Source: Candidatus Latescibacterota bacterium
GTDB taxonomy: Bacteria > Latescibacterota > UBA2968
Assembly: GCA_965222605.1 (NCBI GenBank)
Contig: OZ244960.1
Coordinates: 1,408,001-1,472,000, forward strand
Reading direction: 5' to 3'
Length of the DNA stretch: 64,000 nucleotides
Every line of letters begins with the position of its first letter. Position 1 is the stretch's first letter. A program made the position numbers and the translations under genes. The notes below the pieces were generated by a model. It saw only the letters and a program-made list of their open reading frames with translations. It ran no database searches and had not been told where the DNA came from. This document shows, in pieces, positions 49,266-59,612 of this stretch.

Positions 49266-50444
49266 ATGTCCCAAGAACGACTCGGCAACCAACTGCACCT
49301 TCCGAGCCTGTCTATAAAGGGATTTCGGGGGATTGATGCGCTTACCATTGATCGGTTGGGCCGCGTAACCCTGATCGCCGGAAAGAATAGCGTCGGCAAA
49401 ACGACCATCTTAGATGCCATTCAGGTCTATGCGGCACGGGGGCATTATGATATTCTGTCTCAACTCCTAACAAGCCGCCAGGAAGTCTCTATTGCTACCC
49501 TCTCGGATGTCAGCGATCAAAGAAGATTTGTACCCGATTTTCCTGCCCTATTTCACGGACGCGATGCGTCGGAATGTGCCCGCATCGCAATTGGCCCGAA
49601 AAACGACACGGACCAACTCAGGATAGAGGAGAGTTTGCCGAGCGATAAGTCGGCTTATCAAATCGAAAAATATCTATCTCGGTCTGTTGCAAGAGGCTAC
49701 ACGCAAACATTCCGTGTCGTCTTTCAAGACACAGAACAGATACTTCCCTGGATACTCCCTATCCAGGGATCGGATGCGGCCAGAACCGTAGAACGTTATA
49801 GCGTTAGCGCGTGCTTATACTTAGAGAGGTTATTGGACGAAGCTAAATGGTCGTCTCCAATAGGATGTCAATTTTTGGGACCGGGCCTGTTGAGCGACGA
49901 AGAAATTGTACGATCCTGGAATGCCATTGCGCTGACGGAAGATGAGGACCGAGCAGTGCAAGCCCTTAGGCTGATCTTCGGCAACGACCTGGAGCGCGTT
50001 GCGGTGCGCCGAGATGAAATATCATCTAGTAAAGAATATGTCCAGCGAGTGGTAGCAAGGATCCGCGGTCAAACCCGTCCAGTCCCTTTGCAAAGTCTTG
50101 GCGATGGGGCACTGCACCTGGCTGGCGTCGCTCTGGCACTGACCAATAGCCGCGACGGTTTCTTGCTCATTGATGAAGCGGAAAATGGCATTCACCATTC
50201 TGTACAACGCGATTACTGGCGCATGGTATTCGAGACCGCAGAGGCAAACAACGTACAGGTTTTGGCGACAACGCACAGCTTTGACTGTCTGCGCGGCTTC
50301 GCACAAGCGATGATCGATTGTGAGGAGGTTGATGGTGCGCTCGTGCGCCTTGAACGGGAAAATGGTACCCTTCGTGCAGTTGAGTATTCAGAACGCAATA
50401 TCAAGGCCGCTGCGAAACAAAGCATTGATATTGAGATGAGGTAG
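49266..50444 (+). CDS. ABC-type (AAA_15/AAA_21) ATPase
   Basis: IKGFRGI, GKNSVGKT, LGDG signature, LIDEAENGIH, TTHS. Confidence 0.88.
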   Translation: MSQERLGNQLHLPSLSIKGFRGIDALTIDRLGRVTLIAGKNSVGKTTILDAIQVYAARGHYDILSQLLTSRQEVSIATLSDVSDQRRFVPDFPALFHGRDASECARIAIGPKNDTDQLRIEESLPSDKSAYQIEKYLSRSVARGYTQTFRVVFQDTEQILPWILPIQGSDAARTVERYSVSACLYLERLLDEAKWSSPIGCQFLGPGLLSDEEIVRSWNAIALTEDEDRAVQALRLIFGNDLERVAVRRDEISSSKEYVQRVVARIRGQTRPVPLQSLGDGALHLAGVALALTNSRDGFLLIDEAENGIHHSVQRDYWRMVFETAEANNVQVLATTHSFDCLRGFAQAMIDCEEVDGALVRLERENGTLRAVEYSERNIKAAAKQSIDIEMR

Positions 50445-50448
50445 GTGG

Positions 50449-51054
50449 ATGGATAATAATGACTGCGTTCTTCTCGTCGAAGGGACAGACGACGAGCATG
50501 TCGTCAGACATCTTTGTCATGGACATCAACCAATGCCAAAATTCAGTATTCAGAACAAAGAAGGAATAAAAAACCTTCTCGACGACATTGGCCTGGAAAT
50601 TTTAGCTCCCAGCCGCAAAGCTATCGGTATCATCGTGGACGCGAATGACGATTTGGACGCCCGCTGGCATGCTGTGGCAAACAGGCTTCGAGAAGAGAAC
50701 ATTGAAGTGCCCAGCAGTCCAGAACCAACCGGCACGATTATATTCAGCACCCCTCGCGTCGGCTTATGGTTGATGCCCGACAATACATCGCCAGGCGAAC
50801 TCGAAAATTTCGTCTCCGAAATGATTCCCGACGACGATCCGATATGGCCGCGGTCCCAGTCCTACATTGACGGCATTCCAGAGTCGGACCGAAAATTTAC
50901 CGAAAAAAAGATATTGCGAGCCAAGGTCCACGCCTGGTTGGCGACCCGAAGGGACCCCAGGCCGATGGGCACCGCCATTCGCGCACGAGATTTGCACATA
51001 GATGGAACACTCAGCACAACATTCGCAAAGTGGCTACGGCAGCTATTCGAGTGA
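50449..51054 (+). CDS. DUF3226-like TOPRIM-fold protein
   Basis: LVEGTDD, IVDAND, MPDNTSPGELE, AKVHAWLA; directly follows the ATPase. Confidence 0.8.
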   Translation: MDNNDCVLLVEGTDDEHVVRHLCHGHQPMPKFSIQNKEGIKNLLDDIGLEILAPSRKAIGIIVDANDDLDARWHAVANRLREENIEVPSSPEPTGTIIFSTPRVGLWLMPDNTSPGELENFVSEMIPDDDPIWPRSQSYIDGIPESDRKFTEKKILRAKVHAWLATRRDPRPMGTAIRARDLHIDGTLSTTFAKWLRQLFE

Positions 51055-51171
51055 GCAAAATTTCCGCTTCGCGTCTGCTTTTTTGTGATTTGAATTGGCT
51101 ATCGCCAGTTTTACCCCGCTTGCGCTTTTTTTGGCAATTCGATTTTGATTTTTTAAACAAAAGGTGGATTA

Positions 51172-52713
51172 ATGTTAGGATTACACGCGCTGGACTTTGC
51201 GTCACTCGCCATCTATTTAATCGGCATTATGATTGCCGGACTCTGGGTCGCCCGCAAAATCAAAAACACGGGCGACTATTTTATGGGTGGACGCAGCTTT
51301 GGCAAAGCATTTATGATCATGCACGCCTTTGGCACCGGTACCCACACCGATCAGGCCGTCACCGTTGCAGGGGCATCCTACAAATTGGGCATGGCGGGAA
51401 TATGGTATCAGTGGCTCTATTTATTCGCCACCCCCTTCTACTGGCTCATCGCGCCAATATGGCGAAGACTGCGCTACCTCACCATCGCGGACTTCTTTGA
51501 AGACCGATTCAGCAATTCGCTCGGTTACTTCTACGCCCTCTATGGCCTGCTCTACTTTGCCATACAAATTGGCATCATGCTCCTGGGCACCGGCAAAACC
51601 GCCAGTGCCATGACTGGCGGTGCGATCTCTCCCGAACTCGCCATCGGTGTTATGACCCTCCTCTTTCTCTCCTACGGTCTGTTAGGCGGCCTGCCCGCGG
51701 CCATCATCACCGACTTTATTCAGGGCATCTTCATCATCGTCCTCTCTTTTCTCCTCGTCCCCTTTGTTATCGACAGCGTCGGCGGCTTCACCGGCCTTCA
51801 CCTGCAAGTGCCCATTGAAAAATTTAGCCTCGAAGCCCCCGGCGACCCACCGCCCGGATACGACCGCATCACGCCCTTCTTCATTGTGATGGTCGTCATC
51901 AACGCCCTCGTCGGCATCATTGCCCAACCCCACCACATGGAAATTGGAGGCGCGGGCAAAACCGAACGCGAAGCCCGCGTGGGATTCACCTACGGCAACA
52001 TGATCAAACGCCTCTGCACCGTGGCCTGGGCATTTACCGGCGTGGCCTGCATTGCCCTTTATCCCAATATTGACGACCCCGAACACGCTTTTGGGCTGGC
52101 CTCGCGCGACCTCTTGCCCATCGGCCTCGTCGGCGTCATGCTCGCCTCAATGATCGCCGCGGTAATGTCCACCTGCGATTCATTCATGGTCGATGGCGCC
52201 GCCCTTTTTGTCGAAAACTTTTACAAACCCCTCTTCAAACCCGAAGCCGACGACAAACACTACCTCGCCACAGGCCGCATCGTCGCCCTCATCCTCGTCG
52301 TATTTGGCATTATTATCGCGCTCTATTTCACCTCGGTCGTCGCGATTATTCGCCTCTCCTGGTCGCTCGTGGCATTCTTTGGCATTGCATTTTGGGGAGG
52401 AATTCTCTGGCGCAGGTGCAATGCGCCCGGTGCCTGGGCGGGCCTGCTCGTCTCGGCATTGTTATTCGCCATATCCGGATCAGAAATCATCAATTGGGAA
52501 AGCCTCGGCATCTCCATTGGTGGCCTCAACTGGGAATTGCCCTATCGCTACGTGCTCTACATCACAGGCGGATTTGCCGCACTCATCATCGTAAGCAAAC
52601 TCACCAAACCACAAGACAAGGACCGTCTCGACCGCTTTTACACCTTGCTCCACACACCCGTTGGACAGGAGTACAAATTGCGCGAAGCGGGCATAAAAGT
52701 TGTTCTGGAATAG
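51172..52713 (+). CDS. sodium:solute symporter (SSS family)
   Basis: DYFMGGRSFG, IADFFEDRF, AIITDFIQG, AAVMST; multiple TM helices. Confidence 0.93.
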   Translation: MLGLHALDFASLAIYLIGIMIAGLWVARKIKNTGDYFMGGRSFGKAFMIMHAFGTGTHTDQAVTVAGASYKLGMAGIWYQWLYLFATPFYWLIAPIWRRLRYLTIADFFEDRFSNSLGYFYALYGLLYFAIQIGIMLLGTGKTASAMTGGAISPELAIGVMTLLFLSYGLLGGLPAAIITDFIQGIFIIVLSFLLVPFVIDSVGGFTGLHLQVPIEKFSLEAPGDPPPGYDRITPFFIVMVVINALVGIIAQPHHMEIGGAGKTEREARVGFTYGNMIKRLCTVAWAFTGVACIALYPNIDDPEHAFGLASRDLLPIGLVGVMLASMIAAVMSTCDSFMVDGAALFVENFYKPLFKPEADDKHYLATGRIVALILVVFGIIIALYFTSVVAIIRLSWSLVAFFGIAFWGGILWRRCNAPGAWAGLLVSALLFAISGSEIINWESLGISIGGLNWELPYRYVLYITGGFAALIIVSKLTKPQDKDRLDRFYTLLHTPVGQEYKLREAGIKVVLE

Positions 52714-52725
52714 GGAGAAGTCGTC

Positions 52726-54282
52726 ATGCGCCTCAGGGCCATCTTGCGCCAACTTATTATCGTCGTATTCTACGCGAGTTTGGGGTATTCCCCCCAAGCT
52801 GCTGACCCTGCACTGCATCTAAAAATTGACCGCAGCAAGACGCAAACCCTCCCCAAAAGCCTCTATGGCTTCAACACGAACATGATGAGTGGTGACTACG
52901 GTTATCTCGACTCCAACTTCGTCGCGCTCACAAAAGACCTGCAACCCCAAATATTGCGTTTTCCCGGAGGCACAATCGGCAATTTTTACCATTGGGAAAT
53001 GGCTGGATTTATCCAAAATGAAATGAGTTCAACCAGCAACGAGCAACTCAACAGACGAAACAGAGGCTATTTTGTCAGACTAAAAAAAAGGAGAAACGGG
53101 AGACTTGCATTTGACGACTTTATGCAGATGTGCAACGCGATAAAAATAACGCCCATCGTAGTCGTCAACCTGTGGACGGGAAGCCCGGAGGAAAGTGCCG
53201 GATGGGTTCAATACGCAAAAAACAAGGGATATGAGATCGCGTATTGGGAACTCGGCAACGAGTATTATCTGCCGTGGTACGCGGACAAATATCCCTCTGC
53301 CGAAACCTATATCGCGCAAGCCAAAAAACATGCGCAGGCGATGAAAGCCGTTGATCCAACTATAAAAGTCTCGGTTTGCGCAAGCCCGGTTGCCTTCCAC
53401 AAGAACGGCTTTGAAAAAAACGTGGATCAACGCAAATGGGATAGTGCATTGGCGGCTGCAGATCAATTTTACGACGCCTATACCGTTCACGTCTATGCTT
53501 ATCGAACCGCTCGGCAAAAAGAAATAGAGGAATATCGGGGCTATCTCTTTGGTTGGATTCACTGCGATTTCGATGATGCCGTGGATTACTATAAAAAGTT
53601 ATTCTCCAGCAAGGAAATGTGGATAACAGAGTGGAATATCGCCAACCCCGCAAACCGGGTCGCCAATACGCAACTCCACGCCATGTACGCGGGCGACTTC
53701 TTTTTAAAAATGCTCACGCGACCGCGCATTACCCATGCAAATTTTCACGTAATTGCTGGCCTCGGCAAAGGATTTCCCGCATTTTCTCCGATCACTCCTC
53801 CATCGCCGAGAACCAATTGGAAATACGGAGGTGAACCAGAGGCGGATTATGGAAAAACAATTCGGCGCGCTGCCTACTATCCCCTTCAGTTAATTGGAGA
53901 AGCATTCGCGCAATCAGACTCGAAATTCGCCCTCTCCATCCAAAATCCACCCATCCTGGACGGACAACTCGAATACGAGGGAAAACAAATACCGGGCATT
54001 CAAGCACAGGCGGTCGGAAATGCCGCGCACCTTTTTGTCCTCATTAGCAACCGCACTGCAGACGACCTGTCGCCAAACCTCACCATTGATGATAAAAAAT
54101 TTAAAGGTACGCTCAAATATCGCTACGTAGCCCATGAAAGACTCAATGCATCAAACGGAGGCAATGCGGAAATGGAAGGCGCGGGCAAAATAGAAGTCGC
54201 GATCCGCGAATGGTCTGGTGCCTGCACTAATCTCTTGATTTCCAAAAACAGTTTTGGCATTTTAGAGTTGTCGCTCAAATAA
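52726..54282 (+). CDS. secreted clan GH-A glycoside hydrolase (GH51/GH79-like)
   Basis: Signal peptide; LRFPGG, WELGNE (acid/base), WITEWN (nucleophile). Confidence 0.75.
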   Translation: MRLRAILRQLIIVVFYASLGYSPQAADPALHLKIDRSKTQTLPKSLYGFNTNMMSGDYGYLDSNFVALTKDLQPQILRFPGGTIGNFYHWEMAGFIQNEMSSTSNEQLNRRNRGYFVRLKKRRNGRLAFDDFMQMCNAIKITPIVVVNLWTGSPEESAGWVQYAKNKGYEIAYWELGNEYYLPWYADKYPSAETYIAQAKKHAQAMKAVDPTIKVSVCASPVAFHKNGFEKNVDQRKWDSALAAADQFYDAYTVHVYAYRTARQKEIEEYRGYLFGWIHCDFDDAVDYYKKLFSSKEMWITEWNIANPANRVANTQLHAMYAGDFFLKMLTRPRITHANFHVIAGLGKGFPAFSPITPPSPRTNWKYGGEPEADYGKTIRRAAYYPLQLIGEAFAQSDSKFALSIQNPPILDGQLEYEGKQIPGIQAQAVGNAAHLFVLISNRTADDLSPNLTIDDKKFKGTLKYRYVAHERLNASNGGNAEMEGAGKIEVAIREWSGACTNLLISKNSFGILELSLK

Positions 54283-54298
54283 TTCCCGAGGAGGCAGT

Positions 54299-54418
54299 AT
54301 GTTTGGCCTTGAAATTCGCAAACCATCCAAAGAAACGGTCATCGGATTCATCGTCACATGGATCTGTGTAATCGGCATTATCTTTCTCACACTGGCCCTC
54401 GTCCGCATCGGTGCGTAA
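54299..54418 (+). CDS. 39-aa single-TM small protein (below the ORF-track cutoff)
   Basis: GAGGAGG RBS, MFGLEIRKPSKETVIGFIVTWICVIGIIFLTLALVRIGA*; fills the gap in the operon exactly. Confidence 0.8.
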   Translation: MFGLEIRKPSKETVIGFIVTWICVIGIIFLTLALVRIGA

Positions 54419-54430
54419 AGGACTATCCCA

Positions 54431-54910
54431 ATGATCCGACAATACCGCTCTGAAGACCTCGACGCCCTCAAAGAAATCACCGTTATCTGCTTTGATGGGG
54501 TATCAATTGACCAAAATATTGAAAAAAATTTCGGACAATTTGCCGACACAGATTGGAAAACCCGCAAAGCCAAACACATAGACGCAGACGTTGCTGCCAA
54601 TGCCGAAGGCATATTTGTTTGGGAAGACAACGGCAAAATCGCGGGCTACATCACCACGCGCATTGACCATGAAAGCAAAATAGGCGGCATACCCAACCTC
54701 GCCGTCTTGCCCGAATACCAGGGCAAAGGAATCGGCAAAGCATTGATGACAGCCGCCTTTGATTACTTTGAAGAACAGGGCATGGCCGTGGCAAAAATCG
54801 AAACCCTCGACCAGAATCCCGTTGGACAGAACTTTTATCCGCGCTCGGGCTTTACCGCAGTCGCCCGACAAATCCACTACGCAATGCCCATGAAAGACCG
54901 CAAAGTGTAA
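54431..54910 (+). CDS. GNAT N-acetyltransferase
   Basis: LAVLPEYQGKGIGKAL acetyl-CoA motif, FYPRSGF. Confidence 0.92.
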   Translation: MIRQYRSEDLDALKEITVICFDGVSIDQNIEKNFGQFADTDWKTRKAKHIDADVAANAEGIFVWEDNGKIAGYITTRIDHESKIGGIPNLAVLPEYQGKGIGKALMTAAFDYFEEQGMAVAKIETLDQNPVGQNFYPRSGFTAVARQIHYAMPMKDRKV

Positions 54911-54912
54911 AA

Positions 54913-54977
54913 GCGTAAGACGTGAGACGTGAAAGGGGTAGGGTGGTCCTCTCACCTCTTACGTCTCACCTCTCACC
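54913..54977. repeat. short heptamer tandem/inverted repeats (GACGTGA / TCTCACC) between convergent genes
   Basis: GTAAGACGTGAGACGTGAAAG...CTCTCACCTCTTACGTCTCACC; a related motif is at 6352-6366. Confidence 0.55.
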
Positions 54978-55763
54978 TGCCTTCTGCCACACCGTTGGAA
55001 AGTGTTCCCCCCGCAAAATCTCGCCATCTTCCACGGTTACAAACTCTTTCATCACGTGATTACCACTCGCATCGTAATACGTATCCTGCGTCATGTAGTG
55101 AATCGCAATCGCACGTCGAGGTCGCTTGCTGCGATTGTCGTGCGAACCGTGCCAGGTCAGTGCGTGATGATAATGCACCTCACCCTTTTTTACTGGTCGG
55201 CGCACCACAGATATGGGACGGCCTTCAAACTTTGACGGCATAGCGTCAAAATCCTTTACCTGTCGCACAAACGCAATCTGATTGCCCCACTTGTGCGAGC
55301 CTGGCACCATACTCATACACCCATTTTCCACATCCACATCATCCATCGCCACCCACGCGCTCACCTCTGTCATCGGTCGAATAATCGGCCACAGCGGCGC
55401 ATCCTGATGCCATCCGGTCGTCCCCCCAATTTCAGCGGGCTTGTACTGAATCTGATCGTGCCAGATACGCAACTCCGTCGCCCCGGTCAACTGCGCCATC
55501 TCCTCTACAATCTTTCCTGAATACATCAAATTCTTAAACGGCGCGCTCGCTTCCCAGATATTCACAATCTGCCAGACCGGCGCCGAATCATTACCGCCCA
55601 AATTGCGCAACAAAACCGGCTGCGACACATCATCGCGATCTTTATTTTTAATCACCCGGTACAATTCCTCGCGCAACACCTCAACCTGTGCGCCGTCCAG
55701 CACCGGACCCCCATTCAAAAACCCATTTTCGTGAAACTCCGCCACTTGCTCTTGTGTCAGCAT
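54966..55763 (-). CDS. phytanoyl-CoA dioxygenase (PhyH) family protein
   Basis: WHQD, NGCMSMVPGSH, TWHGS, PRRA. Confidence 0.92.
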   Translation of the reverse strand: MLTQEQVAEFHENGFLNGGPVLDGAQVEVLREELYRVIKNKDRDDVSQPVLLRNLGGNDSAPVWQIVNIWEASAPFKNLMYSGKIVEEMAQLTGATELRIWHDQIQYKPAEIGGTTGWHQDAPLWPIIRPMTEVSAWVAMDDVDVENGCMSMVPGSHKWGNQIAFVRQVKDFDAMPSKFEGRPISVVRRPVKKGEVHYHHALTWHGSHDNRSKRPRRAIAIHYMTQDTYYDASGNHVMKEFVTVEDGEILRGEHFPTVWQKAGER

Positions 55764-55784
55764 AATTCAGTCTCCTGTCACTCT

Positions 55785-57017
55785 TCACACCAAATTCCCC
55801 TCCGCCCGGCTATTTCTTCCCACAACAGCAACAGCCTTATCCATCCCTACACACAGATTGCTACTAATCAAATTATAGTCGCTCGCGCCACTTTCCTCAA
55901 TACCCTTCAACTGCGTCGGCTTTTCCTGATCGTCTGCACACCGATTGCCCTGCACAATCGAATGGGTCAAATCATGCACGCGGATACCGGGATATTTCCC
56001 CTTTTCCGCCCGGGAATTGCTCAGCAGCAAATTCCCCGTAATCACCTGCTCATCCCCTCTATTTGCATCTATACCACACATCCCATTGTACGAACACACA
56101 TTATTACTCACAATATTGTGGTGATCCCCGCCATTTGCCACACCGCCAATCCCGTGTTGTCCATTTTCGGAAAACACGCTATCGCTACACACCGAATGAT
56201 GCACCCGCGCGCAAAAATAATACCCATCACCTCCATTCCCCTTCCCGATATTGTGCGACCACACACTTCGCGCCAACCCCGTTCCGGGATGAAACCCATG
56301 CCCGCGACACCCGTGTGCCTGACAATGCGCCACCTGGGCATCACAACCGCGCTGAATCCCAAACCCATCGCTGGGCCATCCAAACACCGAACAATTCAGA
56401 ATGCGCACGCGCTCACAACCCACAATATGCATTGCCGAATACGTAAAATCCCACCAATCACCCTCGTAATCTTCAGGTCCCTTAATCGTCAAATCTCGTA
56501 TTTCAATATCCGTCTCACCCTCTGCCCATATACCGGGAAACAGATTCACCACCCGAGCATTGTCACGCGCCAACAATCGCCGATTAAACGGCACACTCAT
56601 CCACACGCGATTGCCCACAACCCGCTCGACCTCCCCATGCGTACCCCACCACCCCCTGTGCTTATCGTCGCAAACCCCAATCCCCTCACCCACGCGGAAA
56701 GGCGGCTCAGTCTCGCAGGTCAACACCCGACCACCTTTGCGAATATCTTTTGATAAATACGCGACTTGCAAAGGCCGAATCCTCAACACCGTCGCTGGCC
56801 CATCGCCGACCAGACTCACCCGACTGGGCACGTACAGCGTCTTGCGCAACAGATATGTCCCCGACGGAACACGCACCCGGCCACCGCTCTCTGGCAATGA
56901 TGCAACCGCATCTTCCAAACCGCATGTCATCGACTCTCGATCAAAAAAATCCGCTGCATTCACCTCATCTCGCGGCGCGTCGGGCAATGGAATTTCTCTT
57001 GCTGGCATTGCAGGCAT
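55785..57017 (-). CDS. right-handed parallel beta-helix protein (pectate lyase-like)
   Basis: GGRVRVPSGTY, LVGDGPATVL, repeated Asn-ladder segments (SNNVCSYNG, GNLLLSNS, QGNRC). Confidence 0.8.
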   Translation of the reverse strand: MPAMPAREIPLPDAPRDEVNAADFFDRESMTCGLEDAVASLPESGGRVRVPSGTYLLRKTLYVPSRVSLVGDGPATVLRIRPLQVAYLSKDIRKGGRVLTCETEPPFRVGEGIGVCDDKHRGWWGTHGEVERVVGNRVWMSVPFNRRLLARDNARVVNLFPGIWAEGETDIEIRDLTIKGPEDYEGDWWDFTYSAMHIVGCERVRILNCSVFGWPSDGFGIQRGCDAQVAHCQAHGCRGHGFHPGTGLARSVWSHNIGKGNGGDGYYFCARVHHSVCSDSVFSENGQHGIGGVANGGDHHNIVSNNVCSYNGMCGIDANRGDEQVITGNLLLSNSRAEKGKYPGIRVHDLTHSIVQGNRCADDQEKPTQLKGIEESGASDYNLISSNLCVGMDKAVAVVGRNSRAEGNLV

Positions 57018-57050
57018 GGTATCACCCTCCCGAAGACATCCCACTCAAAT

Positions 57051-57770
57051 TTAAGCACTCTCCAAAAAGACCGTCACTCCCATATCGGCGTATTTCTCGC
57101 GCGTATCAGGCGTCCGGTTGCGATGACAGACCGCCACGCCAGTCCCTTCCAAAGACTTACACAAATACGCGATCGTATCATCCACAGATTTCAACCAGTG
57201 CTGCGGATGTGCTTTAATGCTCATAGACAAATCTGTCGGACCCATCGACAAACAATCCACACCCGCCTTCGCGAGCAAATGCCCGCGCGTTGCGGCCTCT
57301 ACCGACTCAATTTGCAACCACAAAACCCCAAAGCTATTCCACCAATCGGCGTATTCCTCCGGGCTTTGGTCTCCCGCGCCTCGCCGGTGTCCCCCGCCAA
57401 AACTGCGTCCCCCAGCCGGTGGATAATAAAAATAGTGCAATGCATCATCAACCGTCTCTTCCGTCTCGGTCTGCGGAATCTCGATCCCGCACGGTCCCAA
57501 ATCGAGATAATTGCCAATCAAATAGGCATTGCGCGTGTGTTTGATCCGAAACTGCACGAACACATCGCGCTCGGCAGCCATATCGCAAAACGCCGCGACG
57601 CGCTCTTCGCTCAACGGCGTATGCTGGCTGTCAATAGACACGAAATCGTAATCATCTCGATCCATAATCTGGTCAAACCGATCCGGCGGCGTATTCGGTG
57701 CCATAGACACGCCAACAATGCGTTCACCATTGCGATATTTCTGTTTTAGTCCAATTGCATTTTCAAACAT
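57051..57770 (-). CDS. HpcH/HpaI aldolase family protein
   Basis: IDSQH, LDLG, YPPAGGRS, QIES, GPTDLS. Confidence 0.85.
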   Translation of the reverse strand: MFENAIGLKQKYRNGERIVGVSMAPNTPPDRFDQIMDRDDYDFVSIDSQHTPLSEERVAAFCDMAAERDVFVQFRIKHTRNAYLIGNYLDLGPCGIEIPQTETEETVDDALHYFYYPPAGGRSFGGGHRRGAGDQSPEEYADWWNSFGVLWLQIESVEAATRGHLLAKAGVDCLSMGPTDLSMSIKAHPQHWLKSVDDTIAYLCKSLEGTGVAVCHRNRTPDTREKYADMGVTVFLESA

Positions 57771-57781
57771 GATCATCTCCT

Positions 57782-59035
57782 TTAGCTGTGATTGCTCTTT
57801 TCCCATTCCCGAAGTTTATCTGCATTTTCGCGCACCTTGACAAATGCGCGCGACATATCCCGCATTCGCGTTTCAGAAGTCAGCAAAGCCCTCTGGCTTA
57901 TCGACAGCCGTTCCCTGCAATACTGCTCGACCTTTGGCAAGTGCAACGAGCGATAATCCTGCGCCGTATCTGTCCACGCAAAGGGCGTGTAATCACGAGC
58001 TTTCCAATCCTCTTGAAAAACCGGATGTTTGTAAACCGGCGTCTCGTATCCCGTGCTCACCGGCACCCCTTCAGCGCGTATCGCCTTGACAAATGCATCG
58101 CGAGAAACGCCCTCAAACGCCTCGGATAAATACCTCGCACCATACACATGCCAATTGACGCGGGTTGCATCTTCCAACCGGTGAATCGGCTCAATACCCT
58201 CAATCTCCGACAACGTGCGCGTCAACATCGCCCCATTTTGTTCGCGGATCTCCGTATGCTCGGGAATGCGCTTCAACTGGCACAATAAGACCGCAGCGAC
58301 AAATTCCGTCATCCGGTGGTTGCCGCCCCATTGTCGAGATTCCTCCGTACGACCATACCGCGACCGCCCGACATTGACCGCACAGCCAATCGCATCGGCA
58401 ATTGCCTCGTCATTGGTCAGGGCAATGCCCCCATCTCCCCCCGTCATATTTTTGCTCTGCTGAAAAGAAAACCCCGAAGCCAGTCCCCAACTGCCCAGTC
58501 CACGATCCTTATAGGCCGATCCCCACCCGTGCGCCGCATCTTCTAAAATCGCGAGATTGTGTCGCTCGGCAATATCCAACAACCGCTGGAGATCACACGC
58601 CAACCCACCAAAATGCACCGGCATAATCCCCTTCGTGCGATCTGTAATGAGATTTTCGACCTCCGCCACATCGAGATTATTGGTCTCCGGATCTATATCG
58701 CAAAAAATAACCGTAGCACCTGCTTTTAGAATCCCCGAACACGTCCCAATAAACGTATAAGCACTCGTAATCACCTCATCGCCTACCCCAATGCCCGCCC
58801 CGCGACAAATCATTTCCAGCGCCACAGTGCCACCCGTACATGCGATCCCGTATTTCGCATTTTGAAATGCCGCAAATGTCTCTTCAAATTCCTGGCACTT
58901 CGAGGAATTGTACCACGCCCGACTCTCCAGCACTTCAACAAGCGCATCTCTTTCGGCCGCATCGTACATCGGCCATAAAATATCATCCTTTTCTTTCACC
59001 TCACGCTCGCCACCCAACAGCGCTAACTCTGCCAT
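57782..59035 (-). CDS. DegT/DnrJ/EryC1/StrS PLP aminotransferase
   Basis: GDEVIT, PVHFGG, EDAAH, FSFQQSKNMTGGDGG. Confidence 0.93.
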   Translation of the reverse strand: MAELALLGGEREVKEKDDILWPMYDAAERDALVEVLESRAWYNSSKCQEFEETFAAFQNAKYGIACTGGTVALEMICRGAGIGVGDEVITSAYTFIGTCSGILKAGATVIFCDIDPETNNLDVAEVENLITDRTKGIMPVHFGGLACDLQRLLDIAERHNLAILEDAAHGWGSAYKDRGLGSWGLASGFSFQQSKNMTGGDGGIALTNDEAIADAIGCAVNVGRSRYGRTEESRQWGGNHRMTEFVAAVLLCQLKRIPEHTEIREQNGAMLTRTLSEIEGIEPIHRLEDATRVNWHVYGARYLSEAFEGVSRDAFVKAIRAEGVPVSTGYETPVYKHPVFQEDWKARDYTPFAWTDTAQDYRSLHLPKVEQYCRERLSISQRALLTSETRMRDMSRAFVKVRENADKLREWEKSNHS

Positions 59036-59051
59036 ATCATCCTCCTTGAAT

Positions 59052-59540
59052 TCAGTCCCGCTGCAAACATTCGACCAGCAAATCTAATGCCGCCTGGGCG
59101 AACAATTCCATATTTTCGCCCCGGTTCTCGCTGCCCGTTGCGATCGCAATCGCTTGCTCGGTATCTGGCCCCACAACGCCGATACACGTATGGCCCGGCG
59201 GATCGCCATACCGATTTCCCGTCGGACCAGCCGCACCCGTCTCGCCGATACCCCAGTCTGCCCCCAAACGTTCGCGCGCAGCGCGTGCCAGATGCAGTGC
59301 ATGCGTTTTTGTCGCAGCCCTCGCCTCGCCCATTGCCACATCTGAAACAGCCATCAATATTTGCTTTGAGTCACCCGTATAACACACCCCACCACCCTTA
59401 AAATAAGCCGAAGCCCCCGGCACAGCCAAAAGTGCTGCTGAAATAATTCCACCCGCCGATGACTCGGCCACCGCCACTGTCTGCCCGTTTTCTTTGAGCA
59501 ATGCACCCACATCTGTAGCCATTGTCTTAAAATCCGTCAT
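59052..59540 (-). CDS. CinA C-terminal domain protein (NMN deamidase-like)
   Basis: AVAESSAGG, VPGASAYFKGG, TGAAGP. Confidence 0.9.
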   Translation of the reverse strand: MTDFKTMATDVGALLKENGQTVAVAESSAGGIISAALLAVPGASAYFKGGGVCYTGDSKQILMAVSDVAMGEARAATKTHALHLARAARERLGADWGIGETGAAGPTGNRYGDPPGHTCIGVVGPDTEQAIAIATGSENRGENMELFAQAALDLLVECLQRD

Positions 59541-59612
59541 ATTAGACCCCTGAATTTTTTCTATTGAATGTGTGCTGATGGCACAACAAATCGAGAATAC
59601 AAGTCGCACAGC

